Assembly: GCA_964350495.1 (NCBI GenBank)
Contig: CAYGKG010000004.1
Coordinates: 1,900-65,899 of the forward strand
Reading direction: 5' to 3'
Origin: an uncultured Alphaproteobacteria bacterium
Lineage (GTDB): Bacteria; Pseudomonadota; Alphaproteobacteria; SHVP01
Length of the DNA stretch: 64,000 nt
In this document: positions 1 through 9,890 of the stretch, piece after piece
How positions within the stretch are numbered: the stretch's first letter is position 1
Layout: every line of letters begins with the position of its first letter
Notes under the pieces: model-generated
Database searches by the model: none
Seen by the model: only the letters and a program-made list of their open reading frames with translations
Told to the model about the DNA's origin: nothing
Position numbers and translations under genes: made by a program

Positions 1-155
1 CCGACCGGAAAGCTTGGGACGACGGACAGAGGCATTTCCCGGTCGATATAGATTTCCAGGCCGAAGACGTCGCCATAAAACGCGATCGACCGGTCCATGT
101 CGCGCACGAATAGTGTCGCGCGCCTCAGGACGCTTTGGTTGTTCTCTTGCGCCAT
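1..155 (-). CDS. VOC/glyoxalase-family protein, N-terminal part (gene runs off the window start)
   Basis: Minus-strand translation from ATG at 153-155 gives MAQENNQSVLRRATLFVRDMDRSIAFYGDVFGLEIYIDRE, the N-terminal beta-alpha-beta-beta-beta module typical of glyoxalase/bleomycin-resistance (VOC) proteins. GGAGG lies 6 nt upstream. Confidence 0.55.
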   Translation of the reverse strand, partial: MAQENNQSVLRRATLFVRDMDRSIAFYGDVFGLEIYIDREMPLSVVPSFPV

Positions 156-422
156 GTGTCCTCCCAAGATCGAATGCCGCGAGCCTAGTGGGATGACGGT
201 CCCGGCGCCATGATCGCCGTAACCGTCGGGATACTGTGGATCACGCCTTCGTGCGAGGTCTCGCTTGCGCCGGATTCAGCCAGATTCAGAATGACGCCAA
301 GGTTCTTGCCGCGCTACGGTGATCCGCTGACGCAAAGGGATTGACGCGCGACCGTCGCCGACGACGGAATCGCTCCGCTTCGTTCGTGTTGTCGCCAGCT
401 TTGAGGAAAAGGTCTTTGGTCG

Positions 423-1751
423 ATGAAAATTAGGACGTCTGGTGGGGCGATTGTCGGCCTCGGCTTGGCCGTTGGGTTTTCCCTCATCCTCGGATGGTCG
501 TCGGCCATGGGCCAGGAACTCCCCGAACGCGCGCGGGCGATGGATACGAATGGGAATGGCGTCATCGATCGCGATGAAGCGCGGGGACCCCTTGCCTCGA
601 ATTTTGCCGTCATCGACAGCGACAAAAGCGGCGGGATCGACGGGACCGAACTTGCTGCTTTTTTTGGCGGTGGCGGGAACGGTGCGGCCGTTGTCGTGGA
701 CGCCGTGATCGAAGAGGACCTAAGTCAGACTACATCGGTGATTGGTGCCTTGGTCGCGCAGCAGGCCGGTCCGGTCGCGGCCCGCGTATCGGGACCGATC
801 GACACCATTCGGGTCCAGGTCGGCGACCGCGTGAAACGGGGCGATGTCCTGGTGGAGGTTTCCACGGCGCGGCTGCAGTCCGAGACCGATCGCAATCTGG
901 CGATGGTCGACCAGAAACAGGCGATGGTGGTTATCGCCGAAGCCGAGTTGGAGAAATCTAGGCAAGAACGCGCGCGTATCGAAAACCTTGAGGGGTCTTC
1001 CGCCGTTTCGCAGAAACGGCGGGACGACGTCATACAGGACGTTGTCATCAGAGACGGCAATCTCAACAATCGAAAGGCCGAACTCGCGCAAGCCGTCGAA
1101 CAACTGAACCGGGCGAACATCGACCTTCGGGATGCCGTCGTTCGTGCCCCCTACGACGGCATCGTCACCGAAAAAAGCACCGAGGTCGGTTCGTTTGTAA
1201 GCGTGGGGGCGCCGGTGGTTCGATTGGTGAATCAAGCGGCACTGGAAATCGAGGTTCAGGTCCCAACCAACCGACTCGGCGGTGTGAAGCCCGGCGCCGA
1301 GTTCCGGATCGCGTTGGATGACGGGTCGCAGCACACCGCGGTCGTGCGCGCCGTCGTTCCGGTCGAAAACCCTCTGACCCGCACCCGCACCGTCCGATTA
1401 ACGCCGGCTTTCAAGGATCTCCTGAAGCAGCCCGCGCTTAACCAAAGCGTCACGGTCGAGGTTCCCATCGGCGGGCAAGCAAGTGTCACAACGGTGCACA
1501 AGGACGCAGTCACCCGAGACGAAGGGCGGCCGCTGGTGTTCGTCGTGTCAAATGGCCGCGTCGAGCGCAGGGACGTCACGCTGGGCGAGGCCGTCGGTCA
1601 ACGTTTTACCGTCATTCGAGGGCTGCGACCGGGGGAACGCGTTGTCGTTCGGGGCAACGAGCAACTGTCGTCGGGCGCTGCCGTGCGGGTGGTTAGCGAA
1701 ACCGGCGGTGGGGAAACCAGTGGCGGGTTGTCGGGGTCGAGAACCAACTAA
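423..1751 (+). CDS. Efflux RND periplasmic adaptor (HlyD/MFP family) with an N-terminal TM anchor and two EF-hand-like Ca-binding loops
   Basis: 442 aa. The N-terminus has a hydrophobic anchor (IVGLGLAVGFSLILGW). Two canonical 12-residue EF-hand loops follow (DTNGNGVIDRDE and DSDKSGGIDGTE), then a Gly-rich linker. The rest carries biotinyl/lipoyl-like and beta-barrel MFP motifs (IRVQVGDRVKRGDVLVEV...). The stop abuts the ATG of the RND pump. Confidence 0.85.
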   Translation: MKIRTSGGAIVGLGLAVGFSLILGWSSAMGQELPERARAMDTNGNGVIDRDEARGPLASNFAVIDSDKSGGIDGTELAAFFGGGGNGAAVVVDAVIEEDLSQTTSVIGALVAQQAGPVAARVSGPIDTIRVQVGDRVKRGDVLVEVSTARLQSETDRNLAMVDQKQAMVVIAEAELEKSRQERARIENLEGSSAVSQKRRDDVIQDVVIRDGNLNNRKAELAQAVEQLNRANIDLRDAVVRAPYDGIVTEKSTEVGSFVSVGAPVVRLVNQAALEIEVQVPTNRLGGVKPGAEFRIALDDGSQHTAVVRAVVPVENPLTRTRTVRLTPAFKDLLKQPALNQSVTVEVPIGGQASVTTVHKDAVTRDEGRPLVFVVSNGRVERRDVTLGEAVGQRFTVIRGLRPGERVVVRGNEQLSSGAAVRVVSETGGGETSGGLSGSRTN

Positions 1752-4700
1752 ATGAACATCATCCAACTCTCTATTCAGCGGCCCATCGCGGTGTTGGCCG
1801 CTGTGGTCATGATCGTCCTGTTCGGGTGGGTGTCGCTCGATCGCATTCCGATCCAGATGGCTCCCGACGTGCGCCAACCCGTCATCCGGGTGACGACGAA
1901 CTGGCCGGGCGCGGCGCCGGCGGAAATCGAGCGCGAGGTGATCAACCGGCAAGAAGAGGTTCTGAAGGGGATCGAGGGGCTCCAGCGCATGGAGTCCAAC
2001 GCCAGGAACAATCAAGGCAACGTCGAACTGGAATTCTCGCCCGATGCCGACCTCAATCGCTCGCTCCTTCTCGTTGCCAACCGCTTGGACCGCGTAAGCG
2101 GCTATCCGGAGGAGGCCGACGAGCCGACCCTCAGCACGTTCGGGACCGAGGATAACTCGATTGCCTGGTTCACGCTGCGACGGGTGGAAGGCAACACGAG
2201 AGACCTGACGAGTTACTCGGCCTTTCTCCAGGATGTCGTGCAGGACGGTATCGAACGGGTCGACGGCGTCGCAGGTGTCAACGTCTGGGGCGCGACCGAA
2301 CAGGAGATGCGGATCGAAATCGATCCTGAGCGGCTCTCGCGCTACGCGTTGACGGTCAACGACGTGGTTAGCCGACTGCGCACCGCGAATGCTTCGATTA
2401 CCGGCGGCGATGTTGACGAGGGAAAGCGCCGATATATCGTCCGGACCGAGGGCGATTTCACGACCGTCGCGCAAGTGCAATCCATGCTGCTGCGCAGCGA
2501 GTCTGACGGCAGCGGGGTCGGGCGCGTTTCGCTGGGCGATATCGCCGATGTGTTCGTCCAGTTCAAAGAGCGGAACGCGGTTTCCAAGACGATGGGAGCC
2601 CCGTCGATGACCTTGAGCATCACGGGTCAACAGGGCGCAAACATCATCGAGACGATGGACCGAATTCGCGCGAAGGTGCGCGAGCTTTCCGAAGGGCCGC
2701 TCAAGGAAGCCGGACTTTTTGTCACCCAGATCTTCGATGAGACCGATTACATCAAGTCGGCGATCAATCTTGTGCTGCAGAATGTTGTGATCGGCGGCTT
2801 GCTCGCGGTCGTCATACTTTTAATTTTCCTGCGCTCGTGGCGCCCAACCCTTGTCGTTGCGCTTTCGATTCCGGTCTCGGTGATCGGCTCGTTCGTCGCG
2901 ATGGCGATACTCGGACGATCGCTCAACGTCATCAGTTTAGCGGGGATCGCCTTTGCCGTCGGTATGGTGGTCGACGCAGCGATCGTCGTGTTGGAAAACA
3001 TTTACCGGTTGCGGCAAAAGGGCTATCCGGCTCACAAAGCGGCATACGAGGGTGCCGCACAGGTCTGGCCGGCTGTGCTGGTATCGGCGTTGACCACCGT
3101 GATGGTGTTCATTCCGATCCTGGTGATGACCCTTGAAGCAGGGCAGCTGTTCCGCGACATCGCCGTCGCGATCTCGGTGTCGGTGACGCTATCGCTGCTT
3201 GTTTCGGTGACGCTTATCCCGGCGCTTGCCAACAGAATGCTCGCAGGGGGTGTCGCCGAGCGCGAGAAAACGTTCCCGCTGCCGGGTATCGATCATTTCG
3301 GCCGGGCCTTCACGGCGTTCTGGGTCTGGTTCTCGCGCCTCGTGGTTCGCCGGAAGGCCGTGGCTGTGGGCGTTATCGTCGGCATTACCGGTGCCGCGAT
3401 CGCAATTTCGATCAGCGTGCTTCCTAAGGTCGACTATCTGCCGACTGGTAATCGCAACTTCGTCTTCGGATTTGTGACGCCGCCGTCGGGCTATAACCTA
3501 CGGACGACCGAGGCAATCACCGACTTGATCGAAGACGGTACCCGCAATTACTGGGCCGAGGGGGCTGACCCGAACGTTCTTGAAATCAACGGTGTCCCGG
3601 CCCTTAAAAACTACTTTTCGATCGCCCTGCAAGGCCGCGCTTTTGTCGGCGGGACGACCGTTGACGAAAGTCGTGCGGGGGAGATCATTCCGCTTTTGCA
3701 AAGACCGGCGCGCGACGAACCCGGCACACTCGCATTCTTGTTCCAACCGTCTTTGTTTGGCCGATCCGTTGGCGGCGGGCGGTCGATCGACATCGATATT
3801 TCCGGGGCGGATCTCAAGGTCCTCTTCGACGTTGCGCAGAACGCCTACGACCGGGTTCAGCAGGTCCTTCCGCAAAGCCAGGGCCACCGTACGCGGCCCC
3901 GCCCGGGATTGGAATTCGGCGCGCCCGAAGTTCGGGTGGTGCCGGACCGGCTTCGCCTCGCCGACAATGGTTTGACGGCGCGGGATCTTGGGCAAACCAT
4001 CGATGCCTTCAACGACGGGCTGCGTGTTGCAGAGATCAATTTCGGCGGCAAGCGAATCGATCTGACGCTGGCAGGTAGTGCGCCCCTACGCGAAGAGACC
4101 CAAGCCATCGGCGCGTTGCCGGTCGTCACTCGGGGTGGCCGTATCGTCCCGGTCGAGAGCCTTGCGGATGTGATCGTGACCTCGGGCCCGACCGAGATTC
4201 GCCGGGTGGAACGCGCCCGCACCGTGACGTTGCAGGTGTCTCCGGCACGAACGATGCCGTTGCAAGAAGCGATCGATATTATCAACGAACAGGTTCTGGC
4301 GCCGATGCAAGCGGAAGGCTTGCCGGCGGGCGTCGCGTTCAACTTGTCCGGCTCGGCCGACAAGCTGACGCAGACTATGGACGAACTGTCGATCGATTTG
4401 GTGCTGGCGTTGGTCATCGTCTTCTTGGTCATGGCAGTCTTGTTCGAAAGCTTCATCTATCCATTGATCATCATGTTGTCGGTGCCGGTCGCGGCTGCAG
4501 GCGGATTGGGCGGCCTGGCGTTGCTCAACAGATTTGTCATCCAGCCGCTCGATATGCTTACGATGCTGGGGTTTGTCATTCTTATCGGCATCGTCGTGAA
4601 TAACGCGATCCTGCTCGTGCATCAGACGCTGCATAACATTCGGAAAGAAGGGATGGCGCCCGAAGATGCCATCACCGATGCTACCCGAAATCGGATCAGA

Positions 4701-4937
4701 CCGATTTTTAGTTCCACGCTGACGAGCGTCTTCGGGATGTTGCCGCTCGTGATGTTCCCCGGAGCAGGGTCCGAACTTTACCGTGGCCTTGGATCTGTCG
4801 TGGTTGGCGGCCTGGCATTGTCCGCCGTGCTGACAATGGCCATCGTACCGCCGATGATGTCGATCACCGTCGCATGGATCGAAGGACGCGGGCGCGAGCG
4901 CGGGAAGACCCAAGAGATCGAACAACCCGCCACTTAG
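1752..4937 (+). CDS. RND efflux transporter permease (AcrB/HAE1 family)
   Basis: 1061 aa with 12-TM RND topology and two large periplasmic loops. The N-terminus is typical (MNIIQLSIQRPIAVLAAVVMIVLFGW). The start codon directly follows the MFP stop (taa-atg). Confidence 0.9.
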   Translation: MNIIQLSIQRPIAVLAAVVMIVLFGWVSLDRIPIQMAPDVRQPVIRVTTNWPGAAPAEIEREVINRQEEVLKGIEGLQRMESNARNNQGNVELEFSPDADLNRSLLLVANRLDRVSGYPEEADEPTLSTFGTEDNSIAWFTLRRVEGNTRDLTSYSAFLQDVVQDGIERVDGVAGVNVWGATEQEMRIEIDPERLSRYALTVNDVVSRLRTANASITGGDVDEGKRRYIVRTEGDFTTVAQVQSMLLRSESDGSGVGRVSLGDIADVFVQFKERNAVSKTMGAPSMTLSITGQQGANIIETMDRIRAKVRELSEGPLKEAGLFVTQIFDETDYIKSAINLVLQNVVIGGLLAVVILLIFLRSWRPTLVVALSIPVSVIGSFVAMAILGRSLNVISLAGIAFAVGMVVDAAIVVLENIYRLRQKGYPAHKAAYEGAAQVWPAVLVSALTTVMVFIPILVMTLEAGQLFRDIAVAISVSVTLSLLVSVTLIPALANRMLAGGVAEREKTFPLPGIDHFGRAFTAFWVWFSRLVVRRKAVAVGVIVGITGAAIAISISVLPKVDYLPTGNRNFVFGFVTPPSGYNLRTTEAITDLIEDGTRNYWAEGADPNVLEINGVPALKNYFSIALQGRAFVGGTTVDESRAGEIIPLLQRPARDEPGTLAFLFQPSLFGRSVGGGRSIDIDISGADLKVLFDVAQNAYDRVQQVLPQSQGHRTRPRPGLEFGAPEVRVVPDRLRLADNGLTARDLGQTIDAFNDGLRVAEINFGGKRIDLTLAGSAPLREETQAIGALPVVTRGGRIVPVESLADVIVTSGPTEIRRVERARTVTLQVSPARTMPLQEAIDIINEQVLAPMQAEGLPAGVAFNLSGSADKLTQTMDELSIDLVLALVIVFLVMAVLFESFIYPLIIMLSVPVAAAGGLGGLALLNRFVIQPLDMLTMLGFVILIGIVVNNAILLVHQTLHNIRKEGMAPEDAITDATRNRIRPIFSSTLTSVFGMLPLVMFPGAGSELYRGLGSVVVGGLALSAVLTMAIVPPMMSITVAWIEGRGRERGKTQEIEQPAT

Positions 4938-4960
4938 TCACTAACCCCTCGGAGGCACGA

Positions 4961-5854
4961 ATGTCCGCCATGCCAACGCCTATCGCCGACGCGATCCGTG
5001 CCATGGGGAACGTGTTCGACCCCAGCGTCGTCGCGCAAACATTCGCGCTTTACGATCCGCTGATCGCGGGCGCCCCGCGAGAGGGGGTCGGTGTGGTCCG
5101 GGATGTGAGGTACGGATCCGATCCACGCCATTTGTTGGATATCCATGTTCCTGAAGGCGTTGCTGGGCAGCCCATGCCGGTGGTCGTCTTTATCCACGGC
5201 GGCGGTTTTGTGCGGGGTCACAAGAATTCTAACCCCGACAATCTGGACATGGCTTACGCCAATATCGCCACCTATTTTGCGCGCAACGGCATGGTTGGCG
5301 TGAACGCGACCTACCGCCTTGCACCGGATCATCAATGGCCGGCGGGCGGCGAAGATGTCGGGTCGATGGTGGCGTGGTTGCGCGACAATATCGCTGCGCA
5401 CGGTGGCGATCCCGACAGCATTTTCCTGTTCGGCCAATCTGCCGGGGCGGTTCATGCGGCGACCTACCTGTTCTTCCCCGAGTTGCACTGCGCGCCGGGG
5501 TCGGGCGTTGCGGGCGCCGTGCTATTTTCTGGCGTCTATGACGTGGAGGCTGTCCCGGCACCTGCTGCCGAAGCCTATTACGGCCCCGATAGGGCCCAGT
5601 ACCGCGCGCGGTCGCCGCTCCATGCCGCCGCGAACAGCGACGTGCCATTGTTCATCGTTATTGCCGAGTATGACCCGCCCATGATGGAACTGCAGGGCAT
5701 CGACCTGCTTCGGACGGTGGCGCGACGGGACGGGCACAGTCCGCGGTTCTCGCGGCTGAAAGGTCACAATCACCTGTCCGAGGCGCTGCACCTCAATACA
5801 GGCGAAGAAACGGTTGGGCCGGAGTTGCTCGATTTCGTCCGGACGCGACGCTAG
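4961..5854 (+). CDS. Alpha/beta-hydrolase (esterase/lipase family)
   Basis: Oxyanion-hole motif HGGGF and nucleophile elbow GQSAG are present. Start is taken at MSAMPTPIAD, preceded by GGAGG. The upstream extension of the ORF-track frame overlaps the RND gene. Confidence 0.75.
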   Translation: MSAMPTPIADAIRAMGNVFDPSVVAQTFALYDPLIAGAPREGVGVVRDVRYGSDPRHLLDIHVPEGVAGQPMPVVVFIHGGGFVRGHKNSNPDNLDMAYANIATYFARNGMVGVNATYRLAPDHQWPAGGEDVGSMVAWLRDNIAAHGGDPDSIFLFGQSAGAVHAATYLFFPELHCAPGSGVAGAVLFSGVYDVEAVPAPAAEAYYGPDRAQYRARSPLHAAANSDVPLFIVIAEYDPPMMELQGIDLLRTVARRDGHSPRFSRLKGHNHLSEALHLNTGEETVGPELLDFVRTRR

Positions 5855-5857
5855 GTT

Positions 5858-7105
5858 CTAATTCTTGAGCGACGTGCCGGTCGTATCGGCGCCGTCGAGA
5901 TTGGCGCCCGACAGATCGGCATCCGTTGTCTCGGCGCCCGCGAGGTTCGCCTCGCGTAAATCGCACTGGCGAAGGTTCGCGCCTGAAAGATTTGCCGCCG
6001 ACAAATCGCTGCGCATGAGGCGCGCATCCGACAGGTTGGCACCGGACAAGTCCGCGCCGTGGAGATCTGTCTGCTCGGCGATGGCACCGTGTAGGTCGCC
6101 GTCTGTCATTTTGGCTTCACGCAGGGTCGCGCCCGACAGGGCGCTTTGTCGCAGGGATGCATTGCTCAGATCGGATCGGCGCCGTTCCCCGGTCGACTCG
6201 CCGCTAGGGTTCAGAATTTGGGCAGGCTCGAATCGGGCTTCCTCGAGGCGGGCATGGCGAATCTTTGCGGCCTTGAGCGACGCTCCGGTCAAGTCGGCGC
6301 CACGTAGGTCGGCATCGTCCAAGACCGCACCGTCAAGCTCCGACAGAACCAACCAAGCACCGGCCAGCAGCGCGCCCTTGAGGTTCGTGCCGCGCAAATT
6401 GGCACCGCTCAGGTACGCCGATCTCAGGTCGATGCCGCCTAGGTCGCGCCCGGCGAAATCGGCGCGTTTACCCAGTGCGCCAAAGGAGTCGATCCACAGG
6501 GCGTGTTCGCGCAGCAGTAATTGGATGTCCTGGGGTAGCGCGGCACCGGTTAGGTTGATGACGGCGCCCTCGAGTTCGGCGCGATCGAAATCGGTGTCCA
6601 GCAGCAGAGCACCCCGCAGATTGGCGTGCGAGGCGTTTGCCCCGACAAACGATGCGCGCGTCAGATCGCTCGCGCCAAGTTCTGCCTGCCCGAGCTGGGC
6701 GTTCTCAAAATTGGCGCCGCGAAGGGTCGCACCGTAGAGCACGCTTCGTTGTTGGGTTTCGCCGTTCTCAGCCGGCCGCAGATCTGCACCGGCAAAGTTG
6801 GCCTCGCTCAGTTTGGCATGCCTCAGTCGGGCGCCGCGCAAGTTGGCGTGTTCGAAATTCGCACCTTCGGCGTCGGCATGCTCGAAGTTCGCCAAGGCCA
6901 AGGCCGCCCGACCGAAATCCGTACCGGTTAGGACGCACCGCGAAAAGTCCGTTCCGCTAAGAACGGACTCGCGCAAATTGAGTCCCGGCAAACGCAGTCC
7001 CGAAAGATTCTCACCTTCGATCCGCGCCCTTTTGCCGCCGGGCTCGCGCTTGGAGAAGCGTTCGTGCGCCCTCAAGAGCTCGACAAATTCTTGGGCGGTC
7101 AACAC
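5858..7105 (-). CDS. Pentapeptide-repeat protein (two repeat blocks, 415 aa)
   Basis: Long runs of A(D/N)LxGA(N/D)L-type pentapeptide repeats (ADLSGANLSDARLMRSDLSAANLSGANLRQCDLREANLAG...) are split into two blocks by a linker. Confidence 0.8.
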   Translation of the reverse strand: MLTAQEFVELLRAHERFSKREPGGKRARIEGENLSGLRLPGLNLRESVLSGTDFSRCVLTGTDFGRAALALANFEHADAEGANFEHANLRGARLRHAKLSEANFAGADLRPAENGETQQRSVLYGATLRGANFENAQLGQAELGASDLTRASFVGANASHANLRGALLLDTDFDRAELEGAVINLTGAALPQDIQLLLREHALWIDSFGALGKRADFAGRDLGGIDLRSAYLSGANLRGTNLKGALLAGAWLVLSELDGAVLDDADLRGADLTGASLKAAKIRHARLEEARFEPAQILNPSGESTGERRRSDLSNASLRQSALSGATLREAKMTDGDLHGAIAEQTDLHGADLSGANLSDARLMRSDLSAANLSGANLRQCDLREANLAGAETTDADLSGANLDGADTTGTSLKN

Positions 7106-7281
7106 CTGACTCGACCCCCAACATCCCTAAACATCACTACCAACCAAACTATTCCGGGCGACTGTTGAAAAGATGGCGTTCGGCGACGAGAATTGCCAGC
7201 ACTACTAGTGCGCACTTCGGATCAAATTTGAACTAAAGTCGGCGTTAACCATAATTACTGTTGAATAACTAGGATTGATGC

Positions 7282-8688
7282 ATGGCAGCGGCACCGACGG
7301 GGCAATACATCATTGAAGCTGGGTGGGTCCTTGCCCACCGCGACAACGAGTCGGTATTGATTCCGAACGGTTCGGTTCGGGTGGAACACGACCGCGTCGC
7401 GGAAGTCAGCGAGGGGCGCATCGCCGGCAACCTCCCGCGTATTTCGATTCCCGGCGATATCGTTATGCCTGGACTCATCAGCGGCCACACCCACGTTGCG
7501 AGTGGAACGCCCACGCGGGGCATCATTGAGGGTGGCCGTTCATATTCGCGCCCTATCAAGTTGATGGACCAGCTCTCGGACGACGAGCTAGACGACTTAA
7601 CCGCATTTAACCTACTCGAGATTCTAAAAGCCGGATGCACGACCCAGGTAGAGATGAGCCTTAGCCTGCGGCAGGCCGAATCCTATGTGCGGGTGGCAGG
7701 GGCATGGGGCGCCCGGGGGTTTCCCGGCGGCATGATCCCCGGCACTTCTCGTTTGGACGGGATTTGGTTTAGGGACGACGACCAAGCGCTCTTTGACTCG
7801 GTACCCGACACATTGGCGGAGATCGAAGCCAATCTCGATTTCGGCAGGAAGCTCGCGGGATCCTATGACGGTCGCATGATGGGCATGATGGCGCCGCATG
7901 CGACCGACACCCATACCGACGAGACGATGTCGGCGATTATTGCCGCCGCGGGTGAGCTTGGAACCGGCATTCAAATTCATTTGTCGCAGCGTGCGACGGA
8001 GACCGACGCCGTGCGCCGCCTTCAGAACGGTCTTTCGCCGACCCAATGGTTGGACAAGCTCGGCGGGTTTGCCGGACCCTTTCTCGGCGCCCACATGTCC
8101 GGTCTCGACTGGGAAACCGATCCAGAAATATTGAAGCGGCACGACGCGGTCTATGCGCATTGCCCGTCCGCCGGCGGTGCGGGCGGCGCGACGCAACCCT
8201 ATCCGGAGGCGCTAGCGGCTGGGATCGCCACGAATATCGCCATCGACACACACTCGAACGACTTGCTTGAGAATATCAAGCTTGCGGTGATTGGCGGTAA
8301 GGCGCGGGCAAAATTGCTCGCCGGATCGAAGGTCAAGATGCCGACGATTTGGGATGCGGTCGACGGTGCCACCGTTGTCGCGGCGGACGGGTTAAGGCGG
8401 CCCGATCTGGGCCGGCTATGCGCAGGTGCGAAGGCCGATTTCATTACCGTGGATCTATCGGACTGGTTGGTCGGCGCCGGTGCCGCGCCGCCGGAACCTT
8501 TGAACAATTTGCTTTACGCGAACGGATCGATGGTTCGGCATGTCGCGGTCGACGGTAGATTTCTCGTTTACGATCGTGCCCCAACAATGGCTAACGAAGG
8601 CGACATCTTCGAACGGGGCGCAGTGGTGAATCGCAAGATTTGGAAGCAACTTGCCGACGAAAACTGGTTTACCCCAACGCCCAGATGA
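7282..8688 (+). CDS. Amidohydrolase-family metal-dependent hydrolase (chlorohydrolase/aminohydrolase-like)
   Basis: 468 aa. The metal-binding HxH motif (PGLISGHTHV) sits near the N-terminus, with later conserved His and Asp residues. Overall TIM-barrel amidohydrolase layout (TRZ/ATZ-like). Confidence 0.75.
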   Translation: MAAAPTGQYIIEAGWVLAHRDNESVLIPNGSVRVEHDRVAEVSEGRIAGNLPRISIPGDIVMPGLISGHTHVASGTPTRGIIEGGRSYSRPIKLMDQLSDDELDDLTAFNLLEILKAGCTTQVEMSLSLRQAESYVRVAGAWGARGFPGGMIPGTSRLDGIWFRDDDQALFDSVPDTLAEIEANLDFGRKLAGSYDGRMMGMMAPHATDTHTDETMSAIIAAAGELGTGIQIHLSQRATETDAVRRLQNGLSPTQWLDKLGGFAGPFLGAHMSGLDWETDPEILKRHDAVYAHCPSAGGAGGATQPYPEALAAGIATNIAIDTHSNDLLENIKLAVIGGKARAKLLAGSKVKMPTIWDAVDGATVVAADGLRRPDLGRLCAGAKADFITVDLSDWLVGAGAAPPEPLNNLLYANGSMVRHVAVDGRFLVYDRAPTMANEGDIFERGAVVNRKIWKQLADENWFTPTPR

Positions 8689-9680
8689 CTCTATCGGTCG
8701 AGCAAACCATTCGTGACCACCTGGCGACACCAAGCTCAGGTTGGGCAATCGGCGCGTTCGGTGCCATTGCCGAATTCATTCGCGATCCGGATGAATGCCT
8801 TGCAGCGCAGGGACCGTTGGTTGTGGCCACAGAGCGTGGTGCAATTCGCATCCACGTGCCAGCCGGCGTGCAACCGGTGGCCTACGAGAGCGTTAGCGCC
8901 CACCCGGACCGCTGGCTGCACGGCATCGCTTTCTGTCTAAGCGAATCGGCCGCGCGCATGAGCGTTCGTCGCACGCTCACGGAGGTCGGGCCCGACGCGG
9001 AATCGATTCTCGAACGCGATCGCCAGGCTATCCTGTTCGATATCGGAACGGGCGCCGCGAACGTCGATGCTTTGGTACGGACGGACGATCCAATCTTGAT
9101 CGCGTTACTGCGTCGCTACGCGGGCCTCAATGCACTCGCGGCGCCCGAGATCATGGCGGCAATCGTGGCGGCAAACCCCCACCGCGTTTTCGTGTCGCGG
9201 ATGGGGCGTATCGAGGTCCGCCAGCGGATCGGCTCGCGCGACGCCGATCCACCGACTCCGGAAGGACCGCACACCCATGTGCTGCCGAACGTGTTGAGTA
9301 AGGGGCGAACCCACTCGGCCAATTTGCCGATCCCGGCCGGAACCGCCCCGTGCCTCAATCTCTACCCGGCAAACCCCACGTTCGACATGTTAGGCCGTCC
9401 GCGGGCGTTCGACGACTCGGCTTTCGCGCGCTTTCAAACACTTCTGGAAGCATGGGGCGTGCCGAGCGCTATTGACGCGAAGCGTTCCGCCCTTGAGGCG
9501 CTTGGTGCCGGTTTGGAGCCGGCAACGTTTCGTGCACCGGACCGCATTGGCCGGGCGGCCGTTCGGGTCGCGTTGCGCCAGGCAATACGCCGAGAGGGCG
9601 AATCGGCGCGGCTGGCCGAATGGCGTGCGGTCCACGATGGATCGACCTACCGGCCGGACGATCATCACCCCGACCACTAA
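8685..9680 (+). CDS. Hypothetical protein, translationally coupled to the upstream amidohydrolase
   Basis: Its ATG at 8685 overlaps the amidohydrolase TGA (ATGA). The 331-aa ORF has coding-like composition and no recognisable motifs. Confidence 0.55.
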   Translation: MTLSVEQTIRDHLATPSSGWAIGAFGAIAEFIRDPDECLAAQGPLVVATERGAIRIHVPAGVQPVAYESVSAHPDRWLHGIAFCLSESAARMSVRRTLTEVGPDAESILERDRQAILFDIGTGAANVDALVRTDDPILIALLRRYAGLNALAAPEIMAAIVAANPHRVFVSRMGRIEVRQRIGSRDADPPTPEGPHTHVLPNVLSKGRTHSANLPIPAGTAPCLNLYPANPTFDMLGRPRAFDDSAFARFQTLLEAWGVPSAIDAKRSALEALGAGLEPATFRAPDRIGRAAVRVALRQAIRREGESARLAEWRAVHDGSTYRPDDHHPDH

Positions 9681-9714
9681 CTTCCCGGGCTTGACTCGAC
9701 CCACCCGCGGCGTG

Positions 9715-9890
9715 TGACAATGGCTGCGACGGTTCCCCGCAAGGGGTGAAAAGGGAACACGGTGAGGCTTAGGCCGAAACCGTGGCTGCCCCCGCAACTG
9801 TAAGCGACGAGCTGGCGTCCGAACGTGCCACTGGGAAACCGGGAAGGCAGGGCGTTGGCGGTGACCCGCGAGCCAGGAGACCTGCCGTCA
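9715..9890 (+). ncRNA. Cobalamin (AdoCbl) riboswitch
   Basis: Conserved elements are read directly: AAGGGAAcacGGTGAgg, GCTGCCCCCGCAACTGTAAGCG, the B12-box GCCACTGGGAAaccGGGAAGGC, and the closing GAGCCAGGAGACCTGCC. It lies in the 5' leader of btuB. Confidence 0.85.

Noticed and set aside
14-196. A 60-aa plus-strand ORF at the window start.
   Set aside because: It overlaps a minus-strand VOC-family N-terminus that has a clear RBS and family motif. The plus frame is Arg-rich nonsense.
1548-4925. Long antisense ORFs (360 aa at 1548-2630 and 279 aa at 4086-4925, minus strand) inside the RND pump gene.
   Set aside because: They lie entirely within a gene with unambiguous RND homology on the opposite strand. 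They have Arg/His/Asp-rich low-complexity translations typical of antisense frames in GC-rich DNA.
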